Shown: in pieces, positions 54,569 to 64,000 of the stretch | Layout: the number at the start of each line of letters is the position of its first letter | How positions within the stretch are numbered: the first letter of the stretch is position 1 | Assembly: GCA_963727805.1 (NCBI GenBank) | Contig: CAVSHF010000003.1 | Location: 1,952,001 to 2,016,000 of the forward strand | Source of the DNA: an uncultured Nitrospiraceae bacterium | Lineage (GTDB): Bacteria; Nitrospirota; Thermodesulfovibrionia; Thermodesulfovibrionales; Dissulfurispiraceae | Reading direction: 5' to 3' | DNA length: 64,000 nucleotides | Translations under genes and position numbers: made by a program | The notes under the pieces: generated by a model | The model's database searches: none | Told to the model about the DNA's origin: nothing | Seen by the model: only the letters and a program-made list of their open reading frames with translations

Positions 54569-54721
54569 AAACTCGATTTCTCGTTGTCCCTAGCCAATCC
54601 ATACCATTTTCATGCTGCTTCTTATCCAGTCGACACCGTGAAGATACAGCATAATTTCTTTATATCAATAATGTCGTTATGTTGTAATTCATGGCGCAAA
54701 ATATGCTAATATGTTAAGAAG

Positions 54722-55000
54722 ATGGGCATATGGGGGAGTTTTTTCAAGAAGCGGCAGGAACATATCTATTGTGAAAAAAGACGTCGGCCCAGGCGCAGAT
54801 GCGCCGTAGTGACCGAATTTGCCGATCCAAGGGGAAACATCTGGAGCTGCGAAATCCTCGATGCGAGTGAAAGCGGCTTCGGTATCTCTACGAGTGCGTG
54901 GCTCACCATGGGGCATACAGTGAACATTATTCGCCCCTCCGCAGAGGCAAAAGTGGTCTGGGTCGGAGATAATAAGGCGGGCCTCAGGATCCTCAGGTAA
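54722..55000 (+). CDS. single-domain PilZ protein (c-di-GMP receptor)
   Basis: RxxxR (EKRRRPR) and DxSxxG (DASESG) motifs, AKVVW....GLR ending. Confidence 0.8.
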   Translation: MGIWGSFFKKRQEHIYCEKRRRPRRRCAVVTEFADPRGNIWSCEILDASESGFGISTSAWLTMGHTVNIIRPSAEAKVVWVGDNKAGLRILR

Positions 55001-55219
55001 CACTGTGATATTCTTTTTTCGTGCACAAACGCGTCGACTGCAGCCAATGTGCTATATTTAACCCGGCTGGGCAGATGCCCGTCTCGGATTCCTAACAAAA
55101 TATCTCGATTAAATAACACATGAAAAATAATTGCCGATAATATTTACGGTCATAATCAATCGGCTACTCATTTCAGATTATCGATACTTGGCGTTTTACG
55201 AATGAGTAGTATTTATAGT

Positions 55220-55822
55220 AAACAACCACCGACTTTGCTGGTGGCTTTCCTAGAGAAGACAACAACTCTTGACAATGTCCTCCGCAGTTGTCCCATGGTC
55301 GTCGCTGTTCTTCCTTAATCTCTTCCTCTTGGTGCTTCCTCACGTATTCCCTTACAACTTCTTCGTTCAGCCCTACGGTATTTACACAATATCCTCTCAC
55401 CTAGATCTACATTCCCTAGTATTTCTTTGCCAGCTCAGGAAACTTACGGCCCAAATACTCCGCACTCTGCCCCTTCAATATCTTCATGACTTGAAGCGGT
55501 GAATGCTTGGGTGGTACTGAGAAATACATGTCAACGCGGTCTTCTTTGATTGCTCCTTCTAGTATTTTTATGCCATTCACATAGCTCCGTCAATATAACC
55601 TGGAGCCTCTCCCCAACCTCTGCTCCCAATACTTTGTATCTATATTTCGGCGCCCAGACAAAATGGTATTCGCACCCATAGACTACCTCAGAGGTCTTCA
55701 GAAATTTATTCATCGATTCTATGCTATGATAGGCCTCTCAGCTCGCCAACCTCCCCAGCTCACTTTCGATGTGCTGCCTCCGCCCCCACGGCCCACCACT
55801 GACATTGTCAGTGGTTTTGACC
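55220..55822 (-). mobile_element. tnpA: degenerate IS200-type element with frameshifted Y1 (HUH) tnpA and subterminal hairpins
   Basis: 55713: YHFVWAPKYRYKVL; further frames give ..LKGQSA.. and RGYCVNTVGLNEEVVREYVRKHQ with stops; hairpins CCACC-n9-GGTGG (55226-55244) and ACCACTGACA-T-TGTCAGTGGT (55795-55815). Confidence 0.8.
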
Positions 55823-55938
55823 AATTAATAAATTCATTGTGATTGCCTATTTCCAGCAGGAAAATCCACGCAGGATAATGACTCATGTAGAGCTCTCCAT
55901 GAATGTGAAATTAGGAGCTAAGTAATGCACGGCCAGAA

Positions 55939-56140
55939 GTCTGCCACGGGCTTAATCATCATCTCGGATTCAGTCCGGCAGATAAGAAGGGGACCATCCG
56001 GTGTATTGGGGAGCTAAGCTTTTTGTCGCCGTGGGGCTACCCCCGTGCTGACTGCCTATATATCTCCATGCCGGGAAGATCATGACAACGTAAGGAAGCT
56101 TGTGAAGGATAACGAATTCATCGAGGTCTGCATCAAATAA
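55939..56140 (+). pseudogene. cysC: adenylyl-sulfate kinase remnant
   Basis: VCHGLNHHLGFSPADKKGTIRCIGE / KLFVAVGL / VLTAYIS / DHDNVRKLVKDNEFIEVCIK across frameshifts, matching CysC RHGLNxDLGFSxxDRxENIRRIGE..KLF..AG..VLTAFISP...FIEV. Confidence 0.7.
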
Positions 56141-56316
56141 GTTTCACATTCAAAATATTTTCACATCTACTTCCGCCTCGATTACTTTTTTTTGCCTTTT
56201 CTTGTTAAACTTTTCCTCATGGGTATGATTCTCCTTTTCTCTCTTTGAGAGATTTCTTTCCCCTATGATTGTACCCATTTTTCTTTTACAGAATTGAGCT
56301 TACACTATCATCATGA

Positions 56317-57300
<984 letters not shown>

Positions 57301-57354
57301 TTAAGTCCCTTCTGGTCCCATAAAGCTTTCAGTAGGAGCACTCCATGACTGCTC

Positions 57355-57567
57355 TTACTGAAAATATTTAAAAACTCCCAACCCAATAATAAGTTCAAAC
57401 GCGATGAAGGCCAAAAGCATCCGCCCCAGCACAAAAGGGTCTTCTTCAAGACCAGTCATCGTGTCTCTTGATAGACATCCCATGACAAAAGACTCTTCTT
57501 CATGGCTGGTCACTGCATAATTTGGTGTCTGCCCCAGTACAAAGACGTTATCTTTTACGTTAGCCAT
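57355..57567 (-). CDS. small protein with one C-terminal TM helix, unknown function
   Basis: GAGGAGG RBS 6 nt before ATG; 70 aa ending MLLAFIAFELIIGLGVFKYFQ. Confidence 0.6.
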   Translation of the reverse strand: MANVKDNVFVLGQTPNYAVTSHEEESFVMGCLSRDTMTGLEEDPFVLGRMLLAFIAFELIIGLGVFKYFQ

Positions 57568-57647
57568 TGTAAACCTCCTCTTTCGCTATACAGATAGTGA
57601 TTCATTCTTTTCATTCAACGTTCTACCCCATAAATATATGCTATTTC

Positions 57648-57702
57648 AATTAAGATTTAATTAAGATTTAATTAAGATTTAATTAAGATTTAATTAAGAT
57701 TT
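57648..57702. repeat. perfect tandem repeat (AATTAAGATTT) x5
   Basis: Five exact 11-bp units seen directly. Confidence 0.95.
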
Positions 57703-57846
57703 CTTCATTATTCTTTGTGACCGCAGAAAGGGACTCAACAACATGCTCCAGATGTTTTGCCTCAGACTCCGCGATTCTCGGAGCAGGGTATCTTTAATCT
57801 TCAATAAGAATATAGACAATTGCTATCATATATAGTATAATAAATC

Positions 57847-58443
57847 ATGAAATTATCGACATACGCAAAGCAATTAGGCATCAGCTATCAGACGGCATGG
57901 CGGCTATTCAAAGACGGCAAGCTCAATGCCTACAAGCTGCCCACGGGGACGGTCATTGTCCGCGAAGAAGAGTCCCAGGGTTCGGAACAGGCAGTTGGCG
58001 TTTACTGTCGGGTCTCTTGTTCTGAAAACAAGAACAACCTGGAATCACAGAAGCGCCGTCTTTTGGATTACTGTGCTGCAAAGGGATACAAAGTGAGCAG
58101 GGTTATAACCGAAGTAGGGTCTGGTATCAACGACACCCGTAAGCAATGGCTGTCTTTGCTACAGGATCGGACGGTAAGGATTATCGTTGTGGAGCACAAA
58201 GACAGGTTTACGCGGTTCGGGTTCACCGGATACAAGACCCTGCTGAATGCCGATGGGCGCGACATCCAGGTAGTCAACGAAGCGGACAATGGCAAGGAGG
58301 ATCTACTTCAGGATCTGGTGGCTATTATTACCTCCTTCTGTGCCAGACTTTATGGTCAGAGACGCTGCAAGAGAAAAACGGAAAAGATCATACAGGAATT
58401 GACAGCTGGCAAGCAGCAAAGCGTGGATGGACAAGACATATAA
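57847..58443 (+). CDS. tnpA: IS607-family transposase (N-terminal MerR-like HTH + serine recombinase)
   Basis: MKLSTYAKQLGISYQTAWR, YCRVS (catalytic Ser), EVGSGINDTRK, VEHKDRFTRFGF, DLVAIITSFCARLYGQR. Confidence 0.95.
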   Translation: MKLSTYAKQLGISYQTAWRLFKDGKLNAYKLPTGTVIVREEESQGSEQAVGVYCRVSCSENKNNLESQKRRLLDYCAAKGYKVSRVITEVGSGINDTRKQWLSLLQDRTVRIIVVEHKDRFTRFGFTGYKTLLNADGRDIQVVNEADNGKEDLLQDLVAIITSFCARLYGQRRCKRKTEKIIQELTAGKQQSVDGQDI

Positions 58444-60586
58444 GCTAAAACATCTTGCCAACAAAGGCAAGCAGGTGAAGGTCATCCAGACGATACGGGC
58501 TTATCGGGACACTGCCAGTCTTATTGCGTGGGATCAGTGGCGTTGCTTCTATGAGTCTGCTCAACCCTTCAATAAGCAATGTGACATCAAGCGTATTGAA
58601 ACACTACTATCTGAGCGCTTCAAGCAGACCTGTCAGTATCAGGTGGTTGGGGCACTGGATTCCTTCATTACCAATAGGCAGAATGATTTTATTTTTCATG
58701 TCCATCGCAGCAGTCTTGACCAGAACAGTAAACACCGGATGTTCACTATCAACAAGTATGGGTTGTGGTACAACAAGTACCCCTTCTCTATGTTGTTTGT
58801 GGCCAAAAAAGCGAAAAAGCGTGCGCAGAGTGATGACAAAGAGTATCTATATACGATCAAGCAGGGACTTACCATCGAGTCGGATGATCTGAAACTCTCC
58901 CGTAAGATATTCAACCACATCCTGTCCAAGCACCGTAAGCCTTCGTTTCAACACATCAATATGAATCTTGATAACAAAGTGGCGGTGATTTCGGGGAAGA
59001 TCCATGGCAAGGCAAGTGCTTTTGACTACTGGGTGCGGCTTTCCACTTTGGAGAAAGGCAAGCCCGTCTACATGCCTGTGGAGTCCAATGCGTATTTCGA
59101 TGACATTGCCGGCAGGCAGAAGAAGTTCTGTCAGGTGAATCTCAACGACAAAAACGAGATATCCATAAGCTTCATCAAAGACGTACCCGATCACAAGAAT
59201 GACTATGTCCCGGCGATTGACAAGATATGCGTGGACATCGGTCTTGTCACGGCAATGGCAACTGACAAGGGAGACCGGTTTGGCAGGGACTTTATGGGTC
59301 GGCTCCTGTATTACGACAACCGCATCAGTCCGCTTGCCGCAAACAGGCAGCGCCAGGGCTTGCCGGTGCGGAGCCCGAGGTACGACCACAGAGTCTCTGA
59401 ATTGAGGGATTACCTGAAGAACGAGATCAACAGGTTGTTCAACCGTATTAAAGAGATATATCTTCCCGCAGAGATAGTCGTCGAGAAGTTGGACTTTCGT
59501 AACCTCAATCTCTCAAAGAGAATGAATCGGCTGCTGTCCCGCTTTGGCAAGTCCTGTATTGTTGCCAAATTGAAGTCGCTGGAAGAAGAATTCGGGATTG
59601 TCACCAGATATGAGAATCCCGCATACACCTCTCAGCAATGCTCAGTATGCGGGTATGTGGACAAGAATAACCGTAAGTCTCAATCTGTTTTTGAGTGTAA
59701 GTTTTGTTTGTGCTGCGAGGTTGCAAAAGAGATGAAGGAAGGCCCTTCGGAATCGGCATGCAGGTGTTGATTTCAAACCGCCTCACGCTGCTTTAGATCG
59801 AAAGACTACGGTAGTGAACGGTTGAGGAAAAGGCGTACTAGATACGTCAGGTGTGGATCAAGAAGGTGAATGTTAAGTGAACCAATGTAAGCGTCGAAAT
59901 ACATTAGATGATGTCAAAATTGGAGTCTGCAAAATGCTCCAAGATTAGCTTAGGGGAAACCTGTTTACTGCCTAAGTGACATCCGGCGTAGAGTTGGCAC
60001 GAGCTTGATTCTGGCTCTTTTGTAAAACGTAGGAACTCTTTATGTGATGCTAAGGGAAAACTTTATAAGTGGCATCCCCACGAAGGAGGAAAGTACCGAT
60101 GCACATAAAGGGGGCGGATCATCTTGTAGTACCGATGAAGCGGTGATAATAAGCCGCGGAGGGAAGGAGATGAGCCAGTCCACAGAGAGTAACTGTCAAC
60201 TGGGCAACCAGGAGGAACTATCACTCAATGTGTAGTCTTGGGTCTAAGAGGATCTTAGAAGATGGCTGGCACGAGCCGGATGATGGGAGACTATCATGTC
60301 CGGTTCTGTGAGAGGCTGGAGGTGTAATTCCTCCGGCCTACTCGGCCATAGTATCATGCATGCGGATGTGAACGCCCCGCGAAACCTCAGCAAGAGAAGT
60401 TCTCTTGTTACTGCCCTTCCACTCTACATGTCTCATGCAAATATCCTTCGTGTCCTGACAAAGAGTTTTATCGACTCTTTATCAAGCATGGAGCGAAAGT
60501 ATCACCTGCGGCATAGTGACGCAGTCAGCTTACTGTCGGCCAACCCTTATTTCTCAGGGAATCTGGCACAGCTAAAAGGGTCGTAG
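58427..60586 (+). CDS. tnpB: TnpB RNA-guided nuclease, two exons (58427-59707 + 60347-60586; 506 aa spliced)
   Basis: RuvC-I CVDIG, RuvC-II VVEKLDF, PAYTSQQCSVCG...FECKFC in exon 1; HADVNA.RN (RuvC-III) in exon 2; joined exons are in frame. Confidence 0.88.
59708..60346 (+). mobile_element. ORF-less group II intron (IIB, RmInt1-like bacterial class D), 639 nt
   Basis: Domain V GAGCCGGATGATGGGAGACTATCATGTCCGGTTC (60273-60306, AGC triad); domain VI with bulged A60340, 7 nt from the end; 5' TTGTGCTGC; EBS1 GCAAAAT (59929-35) pairs exon GTTTTGT (59701-07); no RT ORF in domain IV. Confidence 0.9.
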
Positions 60587-61042
60587 TGGTCAATGAGATA
60601 TTTGACTATGAAAATTCTTACTATAAGCTTTTAACTTGAGGACAGCGTCCCAGAGGGTCATTATGCTTCTCAATCAACTGTCCAGCAAGCAGGGGGAAAG
60701 ATCTATGAGAAAATGCTGTTAAACATTCGGCTTACTCATCAAAACATGACGTGATCGGTCTGACTCGAAAAACGTTGACAAGGGGCCTCGATTAACTTCA
60801 AAAAGACGGCCTTATTTCGCCCCAAAAAAACAGAAGAATATGCCTCCAACTTTCCTTTTAAAAAGAATTTTCCCTTAAGAATTCGAAAATCTAATTAGAG
60901 GCACCGGAGTTCTCTGAGGCTAGCGCATTCTTCTTTTCTCAAATAATAAGGGAGTCCCGAAATAGCCAGAGTGTGATTGCTATCACGGAAACCATCTGCA
61001 TTATCTTTTATACTCCAATTTAGAGAGACGGATTTTATCCGT

Positions 61043-61136
61043 TAACCCGAAAAAGGCAAACCATCCGAAATGATGGGACGCAAAGCCACGGGCCTAAATC
61101 CTGTATGGACAAGGCAGCCGGGTTGCCGGGAGGTTA
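61043..61136 (+). promoter_or_regulatory. c-di-GMP-I (GEMM) riboswitch aptamer
   Basis: GGCAAACCATCC-GAAA-TGATGGGACGCAAAGCCACGGGCCTAA...GGCAGCCGGGTTGCC matches the GEMM consensus; lies in the 5' UTR of 61185. Confidence 0.92.
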
Positions 61137-61184
61137 GAGCACCTCCCATGGTCTTTAATCCCCAGTGGAGTCATGGAGGTGCAT

Positions 61185-63728
61185 ATGGTAGCAGAAAGTA
61201 TCACAGGACGAAGACTAAGCAAGGTATCATTTCGTATTTGCAATCCTGTGCTGGCTCTTCTGACCGTATTGATGCTTACTTTACCGATGTCCGTTGAAAA
61301 TGCCTTTTCAGCAGTAACCCTGAACTGGACTGCTCCGAGCACGAACACAGATGGAACACCGCTGACAGACCTTTCTGGATATAATCTTTATTATGGAACT
61401 TCTTCCGGTACTTACACTAATTCAATTACTCTCACCAATGTAATAACCTATACGCTTAACAACCTCTCCAACGGCACATATTATTTTGTTGTAACTGCAT
61501 ATACAACCGCAGGATTAGAGAGTACCCCCTCGAATGAGGTTTCAAAAACGGAATCATTGCCTTCTGACACAACTCCTCCGACAGTGAACGCTTTCACTAT
61601 TCCGCCCACTGCAACGTCTTTGCCCGTATCGATCACCAGTTTTACTGCAACGGATGACGTCGGGGTGACGGGTTATCTGGTAAACGAATCCGCCACCACA
61701 CCAGCCGCTTCAGCAGCTGGATGGTCTGCAACCGCTCCCACTTCCTACACCTTCACTACCGCTGGCACCAAAACACTCTATGCCTGGGCTAAAGACGCAG
61801 CCGGTAATGTATCGACCAGTCTCAGTGCTTCGGTTACCATCACCATTGACACTACGGCTCCCACAGTGACTGGTTTCACTATTCCGGCTACTGCAACCTC
61901 TTTGACCGTATTGATCACCAGTTTAACAGCAACTGATAACATCGGAGTGACCGGTTATCTGGTAAACGAATCGGCCACGGCGCCAGCCGCTTCAGCCGCA
62001 GGATGGTCTGCAACCGCTCCCACTTCCCACACCTTCACTACCGCTGGCACCAAAACACTCTATGCCTGGGCTAAAGACGCAGCCGGTAATGTATCGACTA
62101 GCAGAACCGCAAGCACTACCATTACATTGCCCGATACAACTCCTCCGTTAGTGACAGTTTTCACTATTCCGGCTACTGCAACCTCTTTGACCGTATCGAT
62201 CACCAGTTTAACAGCAACTGATAACGTCGGAGTGACCGGTTATCTGGTAAACGAATCGGCCACGGCGCCAGCCGCTTCAGCCGCAGGATGGTCTGCAACC
62301 GCTCCCACTTCCCACACCTTCACTACCGCTGGCACCAAAACACTCTATGCCTGGGCTAAAGACGCAGCCGGTAATGTATCGACTAGCAGAACCGCAAGCA
62401 CTACCATTACATTGCCCGATACAACTCCTCCGTTAGTGACAGTTTTCACTATTCCGGCTACTGCAACCTCTTTGACCATATCGATCACCAGTTTAACAGC
62501 AACTGATAACGTCGGAGTGACCGGTTATCTGGTAAACGAATCGGCCACGGCGCCAGCCGCTTCAGCCGCAGGATGGTCTGCAACCGCTCCCACTTCCCAC
62601 ACCTTCACTACCGCTGGCACCAAAACACTCTATGCCTGGGCTAAAGACGCAGCCGGTAATGTATCGACCAGTCTCAGTGCTTCGGTTACCATCACCATTG
62701 ACACTACGGCTCCCACAGTGACTGGTTTCACTATGCCTGCCACTGCAACTTCACTCAATGTTCCGATTACCCTTTTCACCGCCACGGATAACATAGCAGT
62801 AACTGGATATATTGTTACAGAGACTGCAACTGCGCCTGCTACCTCCGCTGCAGGATGGTCTGCAACCGCCCCGACATCGCACACGACCTCTGCAGCAGGC
62901 AGCAGAACCTTCTATGCCTGGGCCAAAGATGCAGCTGGCAAAGTGTCGACAAGCATGAGCGCTACGGTTTCGATAACTGCCAAACAATCATATAGAGGTG
63001 TCTTTAGAAAAGGTATATGGTACATGGATATGAATCAAAACGGTATTTGGGATGCAAGTGCGGACACTGCTAGTCCCTTTGGAACAGCCGGAGACATACC
63101 AGTCATGGGTGATTGGGACGGCACTGGCACGAAAAAGATCGGCGTATTCAGAAACGGCATGTGGTATCTCGATATGAATGGGAATAATGCATGGGATCCG
63201 GGTGTTGATGTAGCAATTCCCTTCGGTACAGCCGGGGATATCCCCGTTGTCGGCGACTGGAATGGTGACGGAAGAACCAAGATCGGCGTCTTCAGGAACG
63301 GGATGTGGTATCTTGACTATTCTGGCACGTACCTTGCCACGGGCACATGGGCTAGCTGCGGAGCGCCTACTGATCCGACGAAAGCGGCCTGTATATCTTT
63401 CGGTGTGGCCGGTGACATCCCCGTTGTCGGCAACTGGAATGGCAGTGTAGATGGCAAGTCCGAGATCGGCGTCTTCAGAAATGGGTATTGGTACCTTGAT
63501 ACCAACGGGAATAATGCATGGGATCCGGGTGTTGATGCAGCGATTCCCTTCGGTACAGCTGAGGATATCCCTGTTGTCGGCGACTGGAATGGTGATGGAA
63601 AGACAAAGATCGGCGTCTTCAGAAATGGGTATTGGTACGTTGATACTAACGGAAATAATGCTTGGGACCCGGAGATTGATTCTGTGATGACTTGGGGAAT
63701 GGCAGGGGACAAGCCAATCGTAAAATAA
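61185..63728 (+). CDS. secreted protein: FN3 domain + five Ig-like repeats + five FG-GAP-like repeats
   Basis: ATG 61185 after GGAGGT; signal peptide; VTLNWTAP..DLSGY..YYGT..TYYFVVTAY..ES..SNEV; DTTxP..ATDNVGVTGY..YAWAKDAAGN x5; GVFRNG.WY.D..GDIPVVGDW repeats. Confidence 0.85.
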   Translation: MVAESITGRRLSKVSFRICNPVLALLTVLMLTLPMSVENAFSAVTLNWTAPSTNTDGTPLTDLSGYNLYYGTSSGTYTNSITLTNVITYTLNNLSNGTYYFVVTAYTTAGLESTPSNEVSKTESLPSDTTPPTVNAFTIPPTATSLPVSITSFTATDDVGVTGYLVNESATTPAASAAGWSATAPTSYTFTTAGTKTLYAWAKDAAGNVSTSLSASVTITIDTTAPTVTGFTIPATATSLTVLITSLTATDNIGVTGYLVNESATAPAASAAGWSATAPTSHTFTTAGTKTLYAWAKDAAGNVSTSRTASTTITLPDTTPPLVTVFTIPATATSLTVSITSLTATDNVGVTGYLVNESATAPAASAAGWSATAPTSHTFTTAGTKTLYAWAKDAAGNVSTSRTASTTITLPDTTPPLVTVFTIPATATSLTISITSLTATDNVGVTGYLVNESATAPAASAAGWSATAPTSHTFTTAGTKTLYAWAKDAAGNVSTSLSASVTITIDTTAPTVTGFTMPATATSLNVPITLFTATDNIAVTGYIVTETATAPATSAAGWSATAPTSHTTSAAGSRTFYAWAKDAAGKVSTSMSATVSITAKQSYRGVFRKGIWYMDMNQNGIWDASADTASPFGTAGDIPVMGDWDGTGTKKIGVFRNGMWYLDMNGNNAWDPGVDVAIPFGTAGDIPVVGDWNGDGRTKIGVFRNGMWYLDYSGTYLATGTWASCGAPTDPTKAACISFGVAGDIPVVGNWNGSVDGKSEIGVFRNGYWYLDTNGNNAWDPGVDAAIPFGTAEDIPVVGDWNGDGKTKIGVFRNGYWYVDTNGNNAWDPEIDSVMTWGMAGDKPIVK
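61566..62985 (+). repeat. five 282/285-bp coding repeats
   Basis: Units start at 61566, 61848, 62133, 62418, 62700. Confidence 0.92.
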
Positions 63729-63748
63729 GCTGAATTCTTTAAGCTGAT

Positions 63749-63784
63749 AAGGAGGCAAAGTCGTTAGACTTTGCCTCCTTTTTA
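63749..63784 (+). terminator. rho-independent terminator
   Basis: AAGGAGGCAAAGTC-GTTA-GACTTTGCCTCCTT followed by a T-run, 20 bp after the stop at 63728. Confidence 0.85.
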
Positions 63785-64000
63785 TGTATTACCGAAAGTC
63801 TGTGCGGAATGCCCCATCGCTTGCCGCAGAGATCATACCCTTCATATGTGGGTATAGCAAATATCAGACTCGTTCGAGTATGCTAAAGGGACAGGAATAG
63901 ATTCCTTGCTTCTTCTCTTTTATTAACGTCACTGTTTTTGTATTCTTGAAGAAATTCTCTTTGTAACGGGAGGACTCTTCTATCATTTATTGTAATTGCA

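Larger units (their letters stand above)
57787..60641 (+). mobile_element. IS607-family element (tnpA + intron-split tnpB); ends approximate
   Basis: Serine-recombinase tnpA overlapping tnpB; AT-rich termini bounded by GG dinucleotides at 57787-88 and 60640-41, consistent with IS607 GG targeting. Confidence 0.75.

Noticed and set aside
54689..55119. Minus-strand ORFs overlapping the PilZ gene
   Set aside because: The plus-strand frame carries the recognisable motifs.
57648..57702. 11-bp repeat as a mini CRISPR array for TnpB
   Set aside because: No spacers, too short, and outside the predicted element.
60044..60235. 63-aa ORF inside the intron as a maturase
   Set aside because: No RT motifs; it overlaps structural RNA domains.
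60296..60586. 96-aa ORF as an independent gene
   Set aside because: Its first 17 codons are intron domains V/VI; the remainder is tnpB exon 2.
57787..60641. IStron (group I intron-IS607 fusion)
   Set aside because: No group I core seen at the left end; the intron is group II and internal to tnpB.
61043..61136. cGAMP-sensing GEMM-Ib variant
   Set aside because: The discriminating position appears to be G (61055), not A.

Overview
Bacterial window, probably from a Gram-negative anaerobe of the Desulfobacterota/Nitrospirota type (inferred from gene content, not proven). 1-34.4 kb is a plus-strand surface-polysaccharide locus of the PEP-CTERM/XrtA-associated kind: BY-kinase tail, ExeA-like ATPase, deacetylase, glycosyltransferases, pyruvyltransferase, Wzx, Wzy, AsnB and CapK. 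It embeds a complete legionaminic-acid-type (nonulosonate) pathway extended by an SDR / Gfo-Idh-MocA / SDR trio. 35-64 kb is an accessory region with five secreted proteins. Three are large modular adhesin-like proteins sharing a five-repeat FG-GAP-like C-terminal domain, and two of them arose by a traceable tandem duplication. The region also has a nucleotide-sugar dehydrogenase, galE, an outer-membrane beta-barrel, a PilZ protein, a c-di-GMP-I riboswitch and many IS and gene remnants. The most striking element is an IS607-family transposon (tnpA + tnpB) whose tnpB is split by an ORF-less RmInt1-like group II intron (59708-60346). Its EBS1/EBS2 pair with the flanking tnpB exon, and its removal restores an in-frame 506-aa TnpB with all three RuvC acidic residues. 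All calls are by-eye motif recognition; no searches were run.
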